A DNA stretch of 64,000 nt, from positions 64,001 through 128,000 of the forward strand of contig JAWLBL010000004.1 of assembly GCA_041687695.1 (NCBI GenBank), read 5' to 3'. The notes below the pieces were generated by a model. That model was not told where the DNA came from and did not search any database. It saw only the letters and a list, made by a program, of their open reading frames with translations. Numbering within the stretch: position 1 is the stretch's first letter; each line of letters starts with the position of its first letter. The stretch comes from Myxococcota bacterium. Lineage in GTDB: Bacteria; Myxococcota_A; UBA9042; PHBI01; JAWLBL01. Positions 9,932-32,275 of the stretch are shown in pieces. Position numbers and translations under genes: made by a program.

Positions 9932-10426
9932 ATGGAAGGTTCCTCCAAAGGCTGGCAGGGCGCGCTGGGCGCGGTCCTCAAGGCGCTGGGCGCCGCGTTC
10001 GCCGAGCGCTTCGAGGAGCAGCTGCGGGCCGCGGCGGCCCGCGAGCTGACGCAGGATCCCATGGACGCGCGCAAGGCGGCGGCGACGCGCTTCCGCGAGG
10101 CCTGGGCCGAGCGTCCCTTCGCCTTCGACCGCGACACGACGGCAGCGCTCGAGCGCGAGCTGGCCGAGGCCCTGCTGAGCGGGCGGCCCGAGGCCTTCCT
10201 GACGCGGCTGCGGGCGGCCCAGGACGACGGCGGCTGGGCCCTGCTGCAGCGTCTGGCCTTCTATCAGCGGGTCGCCCCGCAGGAGGGCATGTCGCTGCAG
10301 CTCGGCGACGGCCGCGTGGACGTGCGCGCGGCGCCGCCCGTGCCGGCGCCGCGCCCGCGCCCCAAGCTCGAGCTCATCCGCGGGGGGGCCGACGAGGGCG
10401 GCGCCGAGCGGTCGCCCGAGGCCTGA
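9932..10426 (+). CDS. Hypothetical helical protein
   Basis: ORF with genome-typical codon usage filling the gap; ends with PKLELIRGG. Confidence 0.6.
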   Translation: MEGSSKGWQGALGAVLKALGAAFAERFEEQLRAAAARELTQDPMDARKAAATRFREAWAERPFAFDRDTTAALERELAEALLSGRPEAFLTRLRAAQDDGGWALLQRLAFYQRVAPQEGMSLQLGDGRVDVRAAPPVPAPRPRPKLELIRGGADEGGAERSPEA

Positions 10427-10517
10427 CGGGGCCGCTCGCCGGGGCAATGGGACGTAAGGCACCTGGGGTTGCCAGCGGGGCGCCCGGTCGGCTTTGATGG
10501 CGGCCGGAGGTGTCAGC

Positions 10518-11306
10518 ATGATTCGGAAGGCATCAGCGGGCGCGTCGCGCAAGGCCCAGGCCGTCCTCGTGGCCGGGGCGCTCGCCGTCACGGCGGGCTG
10601 CGGGATCCCCAAAGAGCAGTACGATCGGGACGTCGGCGCGCTCGAGCAGCAGATCGCGACGCTCGAGCAGGATCGGACGACGGCCGAGCAGCGCGCGGCG
10701 CAGTGTGAAGAGGGGCGCGCGACGTGCGAGCGCGAGCTGCGCGCGATCCGGAGCCAGGGGGCGCAGCTCGACGAGGGCCTGCGGCGGGCGCTCGAGCGCA
10801 TCGGCGAGCTCGAGCAGGTCGCCGCGCGCCAGCAGGCGGTCTTCGACCGGCTGCGGCAGTCCCTCGACGCCCTCATCAAGGCCGGCAAGCTGTCGGTGGC
10901 CATCGTCCGCGGCCAGTTCACCGTCCAGATGGCCGACAAGATCCTGTTCGACTCCGGCAGCTCGAGCCTCAAGCGCGAGGCCGAAGACACGCTGCGCGAG
11001 CTGGCGAGCATCCTGGGCAGCATCCCGGACCGGCGCTATCAGATCGTCGGCCACACCGACAGCGACGGCGACCCCGACTTCAACTGGCGCCTGTCGGGGG
11101 CGCGCGCCCGGTCCGTGCATCAGTTCATGGTCAAGGAGGGGCTCGCCCCCGAGCGCGTGTCCTACTCGGGTTACGGGCAGTTCCAGCCCAACGCCCCCAA
11201 CGACACGCCCGAGAACAAGGCGCAGAACCGGCGCATCGACATCGTGCTCATCCCGAACATGGAAGAGTTCATGGCGCCCATCGACAACGGCGGGCCGGAG
11301 TCCTGA
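10518..11306 (+). CDS. OmpA/MotB-family lipoprotein with coiled coil
   Basis: Lipobox VTAGC, long coiled coil, ILFDSGS, IVGHTDS, NWRLSGARA, NRRIDI. Confidence 0.9.
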   Translation: MIRKASAGASRKAQAVLVAGALAVTAGCGIPKEQYDRDVGALEQQIATLEQDRTTAEQRAAQCEEGRATCERELRAIRSQGAQLDEGLRRALERIGELEQVAARQQAVFDRLRQSLDALIKAGKLSVAIVRGQFTVQMADKILFDSGSSSLKREAEDTLRELASILGSIPDRRYQIVGHTDSDGDPDFNWRLSGARARSVHQFMVKEGLAPERVSYSGYGQFQPNAPNDTPENKAQNRRIDIVLIPNMEEFMAPIDNGGPES

Positions 11307-11366
11307 GCCGGCGGGCGGGGGGGCGCCGCGCGTGCCCCTCGCCTGCGTCGGGCGCCTTCGGCGGGG

Positions 11367-12599
11367 TCAGCTGCGCTGACGGACGGCCCAGTACTGGACC
11401 ACGCGCCGGTACTCGGGCGCCTGGTGTCGCGAGTGGCCGGTCAGGTCCAGCTCGACCATCAGGCGGCCGGTGGCGGCGTCGGGCTTGAGGCGGCTGACCA
11501 CGCCGACCACCTGCACGTGCGCGTCCGTGATGGGGTCGCCCGGCAGCGCCGCGCGGATGACCTCGCCCATCTGGATGGCCTCGATGGACGGCACGACGAA
11601 GACGCAGTGGCTGTGGCCGATCCAGCTGCAGACCATCGCCAGGGTGGCGTCGCGCCAGGTGAAGTAGCCGCGGCCGGGCTCGCGCTCGAAGAGCGGGCGA
11701 CGCGCGCCGGTGGTGCCGTCGAGGGTGATGGGCGAGCGCACGCCCGAGCGGTGTCCCGCGGCCGCGCCCGGGGACGTGGTCGGGCGCGACGGCGGCGGCG
11801 TCCGCGGTGGCTCGGGGTCGCGGAGCGTCACGGGCCGCTGGAAGAGCGCCTCGTCGGCGTAGACCGGGCGACGTCCCGCGGTGGGCAGGGGGGTCGGCTC
11901 GGGCCGGTCGAAGGGCCGGGGTGTCGGCTCGGGCCGGGCGATGGGCGCCCCGAGCGGCCGCTCCTGGGTGGCGAAGGGCGAGGCGGCGCGCGGCTTGGGG
12001 TCCGTCTCGACCAGCATGCGCGGCTGCGTCTGCTTGGTCGGGTCGGCGGCGGGCGGCTCGCTTCGGAGATCCAACAAGGTCTCGTCCAGGGCCCGTTCGC
12101 TGGCATTGACCAGGCGGATCTGCTGGGCGGCGACGTCATAGATGAGCCGGCGCTGCGGGCCGAGCTCGTCGTCGTCGGTCCGCAGGTGGGCGCGGATGCC
12201 GAGGATCTCCTCGAGCGCCCGCGCCAGGTAGCTGCGGCGCTGCGCGGCCAGGACCACCAGCCACTTGACGTCGACGAAGCGGGTGTCCGGCGTGCAGGGC
12301 AGCTGCGACGGGCCGGCCACCTCGGCCATCAGGTGCACGGCCGGCGCCGGCTCGAGCAGCTCGAGCACGATGCGGTCCCCCAGCAGCGGAGGCCGCAGGG
12401 GCAGGGTCACCTGCAAGACGCCGCCCACGGGGTCGGCCGCGATGAGCTCGTACAGGTCGTGCGTGCCGCGCGCCCGCACCCGGACCGGCGCCTCGAGCAT
12501 GCGTAGCCCTCGCCCCGACGTGTGCGCGGGGTTCGCTACCCCCGGGCCGAAGGCCTGGGTCAGTCGCGGGTCGAGGAAGCGGCTGGGGTCCGTGGACAT
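11367..12599 (-). CDS. Hypothetical protein, possibly with PilZ-like beta domains joined by a Pro-rich linker
   Basis: Coherent ORF with beta-rich N- and C-terminal regions. The PilZ assignment is weak. Confidence 0.55.
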   Translation of the reverse strand: MSTDPSRFLDPRLTQAFGPGVANPAHTSGRGLRMLEAPVRVRARGTHDLYELIAADPVGGVLQVTLPLRPPLLGDRIVLELLEPAPAVHLMAEVAGPSQLPCTPDTRFVDVKWLVVLAAQRRSYLARALEEILGIRAHLRTDDDELGPQRRLIYDVAAQQIRLVNASERALDETLLDLRSEPPAADPTKQTQPRMLVETDPKPRAASPFATQERPLGAPIARPEPTPRPFDRPEPTPLPTAGRRPVYADEALFQRPVTLRDPEPPRTPPPSRPTTSPGAAAGHRSGVRSPITLDGTTGARRPLFEREPGRGYFTWRDATLAMVCSWIGHSHCVFVVPSIEAIQMGEVIRAALPGDPITDAHVQVVGVVSRLKPDAATGRLMVELDLTGHSRHQAPEYRRVVQYWAVRQRS

Positions 12600-12794
12600 G
12601 GGGCTCGGGGCTGGAGAAGCCCCCCGTCATGGCGTCGGGGGCGAGGACCTCTGGCCCAGAGCCTAGGGCCGAAGCCTGACCGGAGCAATGGCGCGGCCTG
12701 GGGGGCTCTTGTAACTGACCTCCGTTCGTCCTCGGGGTTGGGATCCCGACGAGGCGTCTCTTAGACTCTGGCGAGCCCAGCGGGAGAGGCGCCC

Positions 12795-13967
12795 ATGATG
12801 TCGGTCACCTTGTTGTCCCTGTTCACCGCGTTGAGCGCGACGGCCCTGCCCGGGGTCGACCCGGCGGACGTGCCCGCGCCCGAGCTGAAGCCGGGCGGGG
12901 CGGCGGCCCCCAGCGACGCCGAGCGGGCCCGGCAGGCCCGAGGGCGCTGCGAGGCCGGAGACCTGGCCGGGTGCGTGGCCCTGGGCGTGGCGCTGCGGGA
13001 CGGGCAGGGCGCGCCGCGCGACGTCAAGCAGGCGCTGGGGCTGTTCGAGCGGGCCTGCGAGGGCGGGCAGGCGACCGGCTGCACGCACCTGGGCGCGGCG
13101 GCCTTCCAGGGCCAGGGCACGGCCAAGGACGCCGCGCGGGCGGTGGCGCTGTTCCGGCGCGGCTGCGACGGCGGCGACCCGCGCGGCTGCACGGCGCTGG
13201 GGATGGCGCACGAGCTGGGGGCGGGCGCCAAGGCCGACCCGGCGCGGGCGGGCGCGCTGTACGCGAAGGGCTGCGACGGCGGCGACGCCTGGGGCTGCGC
13301 GAACCTGGGCATGCTGCACGGGCGCGGCGAGGGCGTGGCGCGCGACGAGGTGCGGGCGCGGGCGCTGCTCGAGCGGGCGTGCAAGGCCGAGTACGCGACG
13401 GGCTGCACGCTGTTCGGCGAGGCGCTGGCGACGGGGCAGGGCGGCCCGCGCGACCCGGCCCGGGCGGCCGCGGCCTTCTTGAAGGCGTGCCAGGGCGGAC
13501 ACGCGCCCGGCTGCACGCGGCTCGCGCGGCTGCTGGTGCGCGGCGACGGCGTCCCGAAGGAGGCCGCGCAGGCGGCGGAGCTGCTGACGGCGGCGTGCGA
13601 CGCGGGCGACGCGCAGGGCTGCGACGACCTGGGGGTGATGTGCGCGGCGGGCAAGGACATCCCGCCCGACGTGCACTGCGCGCAGACCCGGTTCCGGGCG
13701 GCCTGCGAGCGCGGCGCCCCCAGCGGCTGCCGCCACCTCGGGCAGCTCCATGCGCGGGGCACCCGCGGGACGCCCGAGCCCAAGCGGGCCGCGCCGTGGT
13801 ACACCAGGGCCTGCGACGCGGGCGACGGCGAAGGCTGCGCCCTGCTGGCCGCGCTGGTCGAGGCCGGCTCCGGCGCGCCACGGGACCCGGCCAAGGCGGC
13901 CGCGCTGCGGGCCCGCGCGTGCCAGGCGGGCCACCGGGCGTCGTGCGGCGAGGCCGCGACCCCCTGA
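12795..13967 (+). CDS. Secreted Sel1-like repeat protein (Cys-paired, Hcp type)
   Basis: Signal peptide; ~9 repeats of ~36 aa (GC..LG.....G.G...D...A..L...AC). Confidence 0.9.
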   Translation: MMSVTLLSLFTALSATALPGVDPADVPAPELKPGGAAAPSDAERARQARGRCEAGDLAGCVALGVALRDGQGAPRDVKQALGLFERACEGGQATGCTHLGAAAFQGQGTAKDAARAVALFRRGCDGGDPRGCTALGMAHELGAGAKADPARAGALYAKGCDGGDAWGCANLGMLHGRGEGVARDEVRARALLERACKAEYATGCTLFGEALATGQGGPRDPARAAAAFLKACQGGHAPGCTRLARLLVRGDGVPKEAAQAAELLTAACDAGDAQGCDDLGVMCAAGKDIPPDVHCAQTRFRAACERGAPSGCRHLGQLHARGTRGTPEPKRAAPWYTRACDAGDGEGCALLAALVEAGSGAPRDPAKAAALRARACQAGHRASCGEAATP

Positions 13968-13968
13968 G

Positions 13969-16746
13969 TCAGCGCTCGAGCAGGGCGGGGACCGGCGCGT
14001 CGCGGAGATCCGGCGCCTCCCAGCCCGGGCCGAAGAAGCCGCCGGCCAGGGCGACGCGCGGGTCGAGCACGCGGTTCCAGAACTCGGCCCGCATGCGGGC
14101 GTCGTAGACCAGGAAGTCGGGGACGTGCTCGGGCAGATAGCGCGCCGAGAGGGTGCCTTCGGCGGTCACCCCGGCGTGCAGGACGACGTACTGGTCGGGG
14201 TCGAAGGGGCTGGAGTGGATGAGCGAGACGCCCACGTCGGCGCCGGCGAAGCGGCGGCCGCCGAGGGTCAGGGCGTCGGGCTCGAAGCGGACCGGCAGGC
14301 GGTCGGCGACGCTGGCCGTGACGGCGTTCGAGGCGGGGTTGCCGACCAGGACGACGCCGCGGCCGGTCAGGTCGTCGGGGCGGACCTCGGTGTCGGCCAG
14401 CACCGGCATGCGCAGGTCCGCCCAGGGGCTGTAGGCGCGCAGGGCCTCGGCCGTCAGGCGGTTGGCCTCGGTCTGGGCCGGGTCGCGGGTGCCGTAGACG
14501 ACCACGAAGGGTCGGTACCACAGGTCGTCCAGTGGACCCGACACGCCGTGGCGCTTGCGGCCGCGCGCGTCGGGTGGGGCGTCGGCGAAGGCCCAGGCGC
14601 CGTCGGCGCGGACCAGGTGGAGCGGCGCGTCGCCGGCGCGCTCGGGCAGCGCGTGGCCGTCGACGACGAGCGCGAGGCGCTCGAGCGGGCTCGCGGCCAT
14701 GCGCGGCGCGTCCAGGGTCAGGGCGGCGACGTTGGTGGTGCGGACGGTCACGCGCGCGCCGGCGCGGCGTGCGTCCACCTCGGCGTGGCGCAGCGGGTCG
14801 GCGATGACGTCGAGGCGGACCCAGTGGCTGCGGTCGTAGCGGTACGAGCCCGTCCTCAGGCGCACCGACGCCGGGTGGGCGGGGACGCGCCGGGAGGCCA
14901 GCCAGCCGAGCAGCTTGCCGTCGGCGTAGGCGTAGTCCCAGACGTTGTGGCCGAGGTCGGGGACGTCCAGCTGCGCGTCGTAACCCAAGCGCGCATAGCG
15001 GTCGGCGACGCCCTTGGAGCGGAACGGGCCGTCGCGGCGGCCGTGCACGATGCGCAGCGGCAGGTGCAGGCCGCTCTCGACGTGGTTGGCGATGTCCTTG
15101 AGGGCCAGCAGGGGGCCCTCCCAGGGGTGCTTGCGAGCGCCGCGGACGGCCGTGGCGGTCTGGATGTTGGGGTAGCCGCACAGCGGGGCCGCCGCCGCGA
15201 AGCGATCCGGGTGGTGAAGGGCGGCCGTGAAGGCGACCGTGCCACCCAGCGAGAAGCCGGTGATGGAGACGCCGCGCGGGTCGACGCGGTAGGCGGCGCG
15301 GACCTCGTCGACGACCCGCAGGACGTCGAGCTCGCCAGGGGGACGGTGGCCGACGTCGCCGTAGCCGGAGGGGGCGACGACCAACGCGCGGGCGTGGCGG
15401 ATGGGGGTGGTCAGGACGTCGTAGTCGTCGCCGGGGCGGGTGGGGACGCCGGCCGTGATGCGCAGCGTGTCCTCGGGCGAGTAACCCAGGCCGTGGGAGG
15501 CGACGACCAGGGGGAAGTCGCGGTCGGGGCGGCGCGCGTAGGCGGGCGGGACCCACAGGACATAGGGGCGGAGCTGGCCGTCGAGCTCGGAGACGTAGGC
15601 GCGGGTGACGACGCCGGTGCGGTCGCTCCAGGGGGGGCGGCCGGCCTCGGCGGCCGTGACGAGGGCGTCGAGCTCGTCGAGGCGGCGTCGGAGGCGGTCG
15701 GCCGTGTCGGGGGCGGCGTCGGGGGCCGTCAGCAGGGCGGCGAGGCGCCGGCGCAGCAGGGCGAAGCTGGCGCGGTCGCCGGCGGTGAGGGGGGCGGCGT
15801 CGGGCAGGGCGTCGAGGCGCGCCGTCAGCGCGTGGAAGCGGGCGAGGGCGTCGGGGCGCGGGCGGAGCTGCAGGGTGGCGCAGGGGGCGCCGTCGACGCG
15901 GAGGGTGACGGTCACGGGATCGGGGGTGTCGGCGGTGAGGTCGGCGGTCAGCGGGGGCCAGGGGAAGGGGGCGTCGTGGGCGGCGAGGAGCTGGCTGGGG
16001 GTCGCGGGGCCCTCGAGGGTGAGCGCGACCCGGCGGGGGGCGGCCCAGGCGGCGGGGACCAGCCCGGAGGCGGCGAGGCGGCCGTGGACGGTGAAGCCGG
16101 CGGGGGAGGGGGCGGCGGTCAGGGTCGGCGTCAGGGTCGCGCAGGCGTCGTCGGCGACCGTTGGCGCCGCGGCGGGGAGGGACCAGGCGAGCCCCGCGGG
16201 GGGCTGGTTGTCGGGCGTGCGGACGCGCAGGGCGAAGCGCAGCGGGCCGGGCGGGAGCTGCTCGAGGCGGACGACGACCTCATGGCGGCCGGCGGCCAGG
16301 TCGACGTCGACGTGGCGGTCGTCGAGCACGAGCCACTTGGGGTCGATCGAGGTCGCGACGCGGACGCCGTCCACCCACAGGTCCATGCGGCCCGAGACGC
16401 TGCTGCGCAGGCGGTAGGTCCCCGGGGCGGCGACGTGGAGATCGGCGGCGAGCAGGTGCACGCGGGTCGGGTCGCGCTTTCGGGCGCGGCGGGCGGGCTC
16501 GAGGTCCAGGGCGGGGCCCGGCGCGGCCAGCACGCGCCACGACGCGGACGGGACGGCGGCCACGAGGGCGTCGACGGGGCCATCGGGGCCGGCGCCGGCC
16601 GGGTCGGTCAGCGGGCCGGTGGCCAGCCAGCGGTTGACGAAGCCTTCGGGCGTGGGCGACCAGCGCGCGGCGTCGTCCGCGGCAGCGGAGGGCCGCGGCG
16701 CGAGCGCCACGAGGGCGAGCAGCCATCCGAGGGCGAGCCACCGCAT
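13969..16746 (-). CDS. Secreted multidomain alpha/beta-hydrolase (esterase/peptidase)
   Basis: Signal peptide MRWLALGWLLALVALA; PA14-like N-terminal region; HGLG, nucleophile elbow GFSLGG, VHGRRD, LGHNVW. Confidence 0.8.
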   Translation of the reverse strand: MRWLALGWLLALVALAPRPSAAADDAARWSPTPEGFVNRWLATGPLTDPAGAGPDGPVDALVAAVPSASWRVLAAPGPALDLEPARRARKRDPTRVHLLAADLHVAAPGTYRLRSSVSGRMDLWVDGVRVATSIDPKWLVLDDRHVDVDLAAGRHEVVVRLEQLPPGPLRFALRVRTPDNQPPAGLAWSLPAAAPTVADDACATLTPTLTAAPSPAGFTVHGRLAASGLVPAAWAAPRRVALTLEGPATPSQLLAAHDAPFPWPPLTADLTADTPDPVTVTLRVDGAPCATLQLRPRPDALARFHALTARLDALPDAAPLTAGDRASFALLRRRLAALLTAPDAAPDTADRLRRRLDELDALVTAAEAGRPPWSDRTGVVTRAYVSELDGQLRPYVLWVPPAYARRPDRDFPLVVASHGLGYSPEDTLRITAGVPTRPGDDYDVLTTPIRHARALVVAPSGYGDVGHRPPGELDVLRVVDEVRAAYRVDPRGVSITGFSLGGTVAFTAALHHPDRFAAAAPLCGYPNIQTATAVRGARKHPWEGPLLALKDIANHVESGLHLPLRIVHGRRDGPFRSKGVADRYARLGYDAQLDVPDLGHNVWDYAYADGKLLGWLASRRVPAHPASVRLRTGSYRYDRSHWVRLDVIADPLRHAEVDARRAGARVTVRTTNVAALTLDAPRMAASPLERLALVVDGHALPERAGDAPLHLVRADGAWAFADAPPDARGRKRHGVSGPLDDLWYRPFVVVYGTRDPAQTEANRLTAEALRAYSPWADLRMPVLADTEVRPDDLTGRGVVLVGNPASNAVTASVADRLPVRFEPDALTLGGRRFAGADVGVSLIHSSPFDPDQYVVLHAGVTAEGTLSARYLPEHVPDFLVYDARMRAEFWNRVLDPRVALAGGFFGPGWEAPDLRDAPVPALLER

Positions 16747-16805
16747 CGGGCCCAGTATCGGACGGGGCGCCCGGCGAGGCAACGAAGGCGCCGTGGCGGG
16801 GCGGC

Positions 16806-17768
16806 TCAGCCTTCGCAGGTGAAGGACTGGACGAGCCACTCCTCGGGGGCGCCGTCGCCGTCCCGGTCGGTGTCCCAGCGCAACAGGCGACCGTCGTCGT
16901 CGTAGGTGTAGACGGTGGTCTCGTCGACGACGCCGTCGGCGCCCTTGTCGAGGCTGACGGAGGCCTTCTGGCCGTCGTCGCGCCAGGCGTAGGTGATCCG
17001 CTCGTCGGGCTTGCCGTCGGCGCCGTGGTCGACCGTCTCGGTCGCGAGGCGTCCCTTCGCGTCGTAGGTGTAGGCGGTCACGAACTCCTGGGTGAAGTGC
17101 GCGATGGCCAGGGACTCCTCCTTGCGCACGAGCAGGCCGCTGGCGTCGTAGGCGTAGCTCCGCACCAGCTCGGGCGCGGACTGTCCGGCGCCGAAGACCT
17201 CTTCGGTCGTCAGACGGCCGGCCTCGTCGTACGCGAAGGCGACGCGGTGGTCGACGACGCCGTCGAGGTCGGCGTCGTACTCGATCGACCGCTGTCGGCC
17301 GGCGCCGTCCCACGTGATGCGCTTCTCGGCGTCGTCGGTGCCGTCGGCGCCGCGGTCGATGCGCTCGACGACGACGCGCCCCTGGCCGTCGCGCTCGAAG
17401 GTCGTGCGCTCGATGGCCTCGAGCGGGTCGCCCTCGGCGCGCTCGAGCGTGGCCAGGTGCCCGGCGTCGTCGTAGGTGTGGGTCAGGGTGTGGTCGCGGT
17501 AGGGCTGCGCCGGGAAGCGGACGTGCTCGACGGCGAGGCGGTCCTGGTCGTCGAAGGTGCGCGTCGTCACGCGCGCGGGCGCCTCGGCCCCGTCCTTCCA
17601 CTGCTCCACCGAGCAGGCGAGCGGGATCGGCGCGGGCGCGTCCGGGACGTCGCCCACCACGTCGCCGGACCCATCGTCCGGCGCGCTCGACCCGGAGGCG
17701 TCGCACCCGGCGGCGACGGCCGCGGCGGCGAGGGCGATCGCGAGGGCGAGGGCGGTGCAGCGCATCAT
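16806..17768 (-). CDS. YD-repeat lipoprotein
   Basis: Lipobox AAAGC; repeated YTYDxxGRL and DxxADGxxD motifs. Confidence 0.8.
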   Translation of the reverse strand: MMRCTALALAIALAAAAVAAGCDASGSSAPDDGSGDVVGDVPDAPAPIPLACSVEQWKDGAEAPARVTTRTFDDQDRLAVEHVRFPAQPYRDHTLTHTYDDAGHLATLERAEGDPLEAIERTTFERDGQGRVVVERIDRGADGTDDAEKRITWDGAGRQRSIEYDADLDGVVDHRVAFAYDEAGRLTTEEVFGAGQSAPELVRSYAYDASGLLVRKEESLAIAHFTQEFVTAYTYDAKGRLATETVDHGADGKPDERITYAWRDDGQKASVSLDKGADGVVDETTVYTYDDDGRLLRWDTDRDGDGAPEEWLVQSFTCEG

Positions 17769-17980
17769 GGCTCCGTGGCGGGCCGCCTGGCCGGGCGGCC
17801 GAGTCGGCGAAACCTACAGGCCGGGGCGCTCCATGCCAAGCGCCGTTCCCGCAAACGAACCGGCCCTGGCGCGGTCACAGATTCGACGGCCCGACCGATC
17901 CCCGCGGCCTCGCGGGCGTGCTATACGGGGGACATCGCTTCGAAGACCGCCCCCCGCTCGCCTGCCAGGCGCCCCCCTGC

Positions 17981-18060
17981 GCCCGGTCACGAGTCGCGTT
18001 GCGCGCCCAGTCACGAGCCGCGTTGCGCGCCCAGTCACGAGCCGCGTTGCGCGCCCCGTC
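17981..18060. repeat. 24-bp tandem repeat, 3.3 copies
   Basis: GCCCRGTCACGAGYCGCGTTGCGC at 17981, 18005 and 18029, with a partial copy at 18053. Confidence 0.9.
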
Positions 18061-18091
18061 GGCCACGCTGGTCCGAGGATCCCACGGCACC

Positions 18092-24826
<6,735 letters not shown>

Positions 24827-24827
24827 C

Positions 24828-31505
<6,678 letters not shown>

Positions 31506-31535
31506 CGCCCTCGGCGGTGCCCCCGGTGTGGGGAT

Positions 31536-31578
31536 CGGTTGGCCCGCGGCCGCGTCGTCCACGGCCGCGGGCCAACCG
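31536..31578. terminator. Perfect 17-bp inverted repeat between convergent genes
   Basis: CGGTTGGCCCGCGGCCG, 9-nt loop, CGGCCGCGGGCCAACCG. Confidence 0.65.
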
Positions 31579-31661
31579 CGAGTCCGGCCACCGACGTCGC
31601 TCACCCCCCTGACCGGAGCGACGTGGCGCCCGAGCTCGACTACGCAGAGCCCGGGTGGGGC

Positions 31662-32090
31662 TCAGCCTCCCGGCGCTGGGTCGAGACCCAGCTGACGGAG
31701 CAGCCCCAACGTGTCCCAACACGCGTGCTGCTCGATGAACTTGCCCTCCTGGACGCGGAAGAGGACCGCGCCCGAGACATCCGCCGACCGCCCGGTCGGC
31801 GCGAGCCCCAGCAGGGGGCCCCGGTGGGTGACGAGGCTGCGCCAGCGCGCCGCCCCGCGGTGGCCGTCGACGATGACGTCCTCGATCGAGACCCGGAGAT
31901 CCGGGAACGCCTCGCGGTAGAGGGTCACGAGCCGCGCGACACCTTCGGGTCCGAAGGGCTGGTCGGGCACGAACGGGTCGTAGGCCACGAAGCGCTCGGC
32001 GTACAGCTCGAAGGCCACGGCGACGTCTCCGGCGTTCCACAGCTCGTCGACACTGCGGCGCACTAGTTCGTGGACGTCCTGCGAGGCCAT
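31662..32090 (-). CDS. SnoaL-like ester cyclase (NTF2 fold)
   Basis: ELWNAGD, AFPDL, THRGPLLGLAPTGR, EGKFIE..WD.LGLLRQLG. Confidence 0.9.
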   Translation of the reverse strand: MASQDVHELVRRSVDELWNAGDVAVAFELYAERFVAYDPFVPDQPFGPEGVARLVTLYREAFPDLRVSIEDVIVDGHRGAARWRSLVTHRGPLLGLAPTGRSADVSGAVLFRVQEGKFIEQHACWDTLGLLRQLGLDPAPGG

Positions 32091-32275
32091 TGAACCCCCT
32101 CGTAATGCGAGTGCGTCGACCCTAGCCGCGCCGGACCGCCCGCGCAAAGCCGGGGAGTCATTGGAGCGCGGCCACGGCGCAGGCCCGCCAGCTGCGGTGA
32201 CCGCCGGGGCCCCGCCCGCGGGATGAAACTCGCTCAGAGACGCGAAATCACTGACGATCGAGGCCCGCGCTGCGG

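Noticed and set aside
16806..17768. RHS polymorphic toxin
   Set aside because: Only 320 aa, with no RHS core or DPxG cleavage motif, no toxin tip and no immunity gene.
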